A stretch of 63,144 nucleotides of DNA, the filler included, from Folioceros fuciformis (lineage: Eukaryota), in assembly GCA_049999805.1 (NCBI GenBank). It is 24 parts of 24 records of this genome, joined end to end, with 100 filler letters (N's around TTAATTAATTAA, not from the genome) between each part and the next. Parts side by side here need not be neighbours in the genome. Positions count along the whole stretch, not along the records: positions 61,406 to 63,144 come from JBNGIO010004806.1; 23 more parts are not named here. One strand, written 5' to 3'. The position numbers and the translations under genes were made by a program. The notes beneath the pieces are model-generated. The model saw only the letters and a list, made by a program, of their open reading frames with translations. It was not told where the DNA came from and did no database searches. Numbering within the stretch: position 1 is the first letter of the stretch; every line of letters starts with the position of its first letter. This document shows, piece after piece, positions 61,406-63,144 of the stretch.

Positions 61406-61660
61406 CGGTGGAGCAGTATGGTGCGGTGCACTATGGTGGAGCGGTGTGGCCTGGGGCGGAACGGTGGAGCAGTATGGTGCGGTGCACTATGGTGGAGCGG
61501 TGTGGCCTGGGGCGGAACGGTGGAGCAGTATGGTGCGGTGCACTATGGTGGAGCGGTGTGGCCTGGGGCGGAACGGTGGAGCAGTATGGTGCGGTGCACT
61601 ATGGTGGAGCGGTGTGGAATGGTGGAGCAGTATGGTGCGGTGCACTATGGTGGAAGGGTG
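61406..61660. repeat. 56-bp tandem array (~4.5 copies)
   Basis: Unit cggtggagcagtatggtgcggtgcactatggtggagcggtgtggcctggggcggaa at 61406, 61462, 61518, 61574, then a shortened copy. Confidence 0.95.
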
Positions 61661-61759
61661 TGGCCGTATACGCAGGAGTGTTGTAGAGCATGGTGTAGAA
61701 TTGCTTGTAGGAATGGTATACTGGATGAAAATGGTATACCGACATGGTGGAGCAAGAAA

Positions 61760-62260
61760 GTAAGGTTTAGGGTTTAGTGGCAAGGCAAAGCGGAATGAGT
61801 TTGGTGTTTAATAAAATGGCATAGCAAAATGAGATTAGGGTTTAGTGGCATTGCAGAGCAACAAGGGTTTACAGTTTACAAGCATGGCAGCAGCAGAATG
61901 GATTTAGGGCATGGCAGGGGAGAATGGATGTAGGGTTTAGAGGCATTGCGGAGAAAAATAGGTTTAGGATTTAACGACATGATGGAGCAGAATAGGTTTA
62001 GCGTTTAGTCGCATGGCAGAGTGGAGTGGGTTTAGGGTGTAGCGACATGGTGGAGAAAAATGGATTAGGGTTTTATCAGCATTACGGAGCAAAAATGGGT
62101 TTAGGGTTTAGTAACATAGCAGAGCTAAATAGGTTTAGGGTTTAGTTACACATGCAGAAAAGTGGGTTTAGCGTTTTGTAAACATTGTGGAGCACAATGG
62201 GTCTAGGGTTGAGTGGCTTAGAGTGGAGCATATGGAGGGCATTACAGGGTTATGGGTTAC
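61760..62260 (+). repeat. Degenerate ~35-bp minisatellite with GGTTTAGGGTTTAG (plant telomere-like) core
   Basis: More than 10 recurrences of (G)GTTTAGGGTTTAG-like blocks, each followed by tggcat..gcagagc..aat. Confidence 0.8.
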
Positions 62261-62274
62261 AATGAGGAGTACAA

Positions 62275-63144
62275 TTGTTTGGTTTTGATCATTTTGCAAG
62301 ACTTTCTACATGCCTCTATCACATTGCACGTGACACCCAGCCTTTACTTGTCAAGTACACCCCTTGCCCAGTGTGTTCTCAACTTTGCTTCGGGGTCAAG
62401 GGGGTGAAGTGTCATATTGGTCACAAGCATAAGGACTTCGATAGGACCACTTGGGTGGCACAAGTGCGACTTGCTTCTTCCTCCGAACCAGCTACCAATC
62501 CTCTTCTAACAGATCCTCTAGGGTCGTCCCTGGAGGCTTGGTTGTGGCTTCGAGGGCAATCTGATCACTTGTTGGCTCTTTTCCATGCTCATTTTCCATG
62601 TCCTCACCTCTTCCGACGTCTCCGTAGGCTCCTACATGATGATATTCGCCTTGCTTATCCTCTTCCCTTGGATTGCCTTGCTTGGGACCCGAGGGATGAG
62701 GGTGCTTGGATTTTGTTCCTTCTCCCGCCTAGATGGTGCCTTTGGCGCTCTAGGGGTGGTCCGTCAGGTCATAGGGAGGTGGCCTCTTAACTTCGCCATT
62801 TTCGATCCGAAGATTGGCAAGCTCTTCAGGAGGAGGATTTACTAGCAGCAAAATCTCGATAGGAGTCAGCTAAGGTTGACAAGGTATGCCATGACCCATT
62901 TAAAGCGCGTCTCAAGCGGTGTCTCATGTTGGGCAGGGATGGTGAATATGCTCGGGCTGCTAGCGCCCAGAGCCGGCTGCATCTGCAACTGAGGACACCA
63001 TTGCTGCGCTTCGTGCCCTTCATCCACAACCTCATGACACTATACCGCAAGATCTTCTTGACCACACGGTCGAGGAGCCTTTTTGCTTGGATAGGGTTGT
63101 TTTTGGGCATGCACTCTCTTCTATGCCGCGACTTTCTTCAAGGG
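62275..63144 (+). mobile_element. Decayed 5' coding region of a CRE/Cnl1-like (RLE-type) non-LTR retrotransposon
   Basis: C2H2 finger CPVC..FGVKGVKCHIGHKH; AWILFLLPPRWCL; RLKRCLMLGRDGEYARAA..(frameshift)..SATEDTIAALRALHP...ALSSMPRLSS. Recalls the pre-RT region of CRE-clade elements; RT itself lies beyond the window. Confidence 0.68.

Noticed and set aside
61408-61783. Repeat-protein ORFs or CRISPR
   Set aside because: Head-to-tail 56-bp units with no spacers; the ORFs cycle through frames.
61760-62260. A true chromosome end
   Set aside because: TTTAGGG occurs only as 1-2 copies inside longer degenerate units, with other sequence on both sides.

Overview
This window is not one locus. It is 24 short contigs (about 1-5.5 kb) joined by an artificial 100-bp linker (N44-TTAATTAATTAA-N44), so adjacency across linkers is meaningless. 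The source is a land-plant nuclear genome, judged from an intron-containing SBE3/BE1-type starch-branching-enzyme gene, tRNA-Met and tRNA-Asp primer binding sites (PBS), and TTTAGGG-like motifs. Most of the sequence is nested, mostly decayed LTR retrotransposons: many Ty1/Copia fragments with short (about 150-280 bp) LTRs, plus Ty3/Gypsy fragments (Athila/Tat-like and chromovirus-like). The only clear host gene is six exons of SBE3 (12303-13595, minus). Three patterns stand out. (1) Several diverged Copia elements with a distinctive gag (D/K-D-R-F-x-G N-terminus) carry an extra Cys-motif/coiled-coil ORF between the PBS and gag. (2) Two elements carry an antisense ORF with an N-terminal hydrophobic segment just inside the polypurine tract (PPT). 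(3) A CRE/Cnl1/MoTeR-like non-LTR retrotransposon 5' region sits directly downstream of a degenerate telomere-derived repeat array. All homology calls come from motif recognition by eye, not from database searches.
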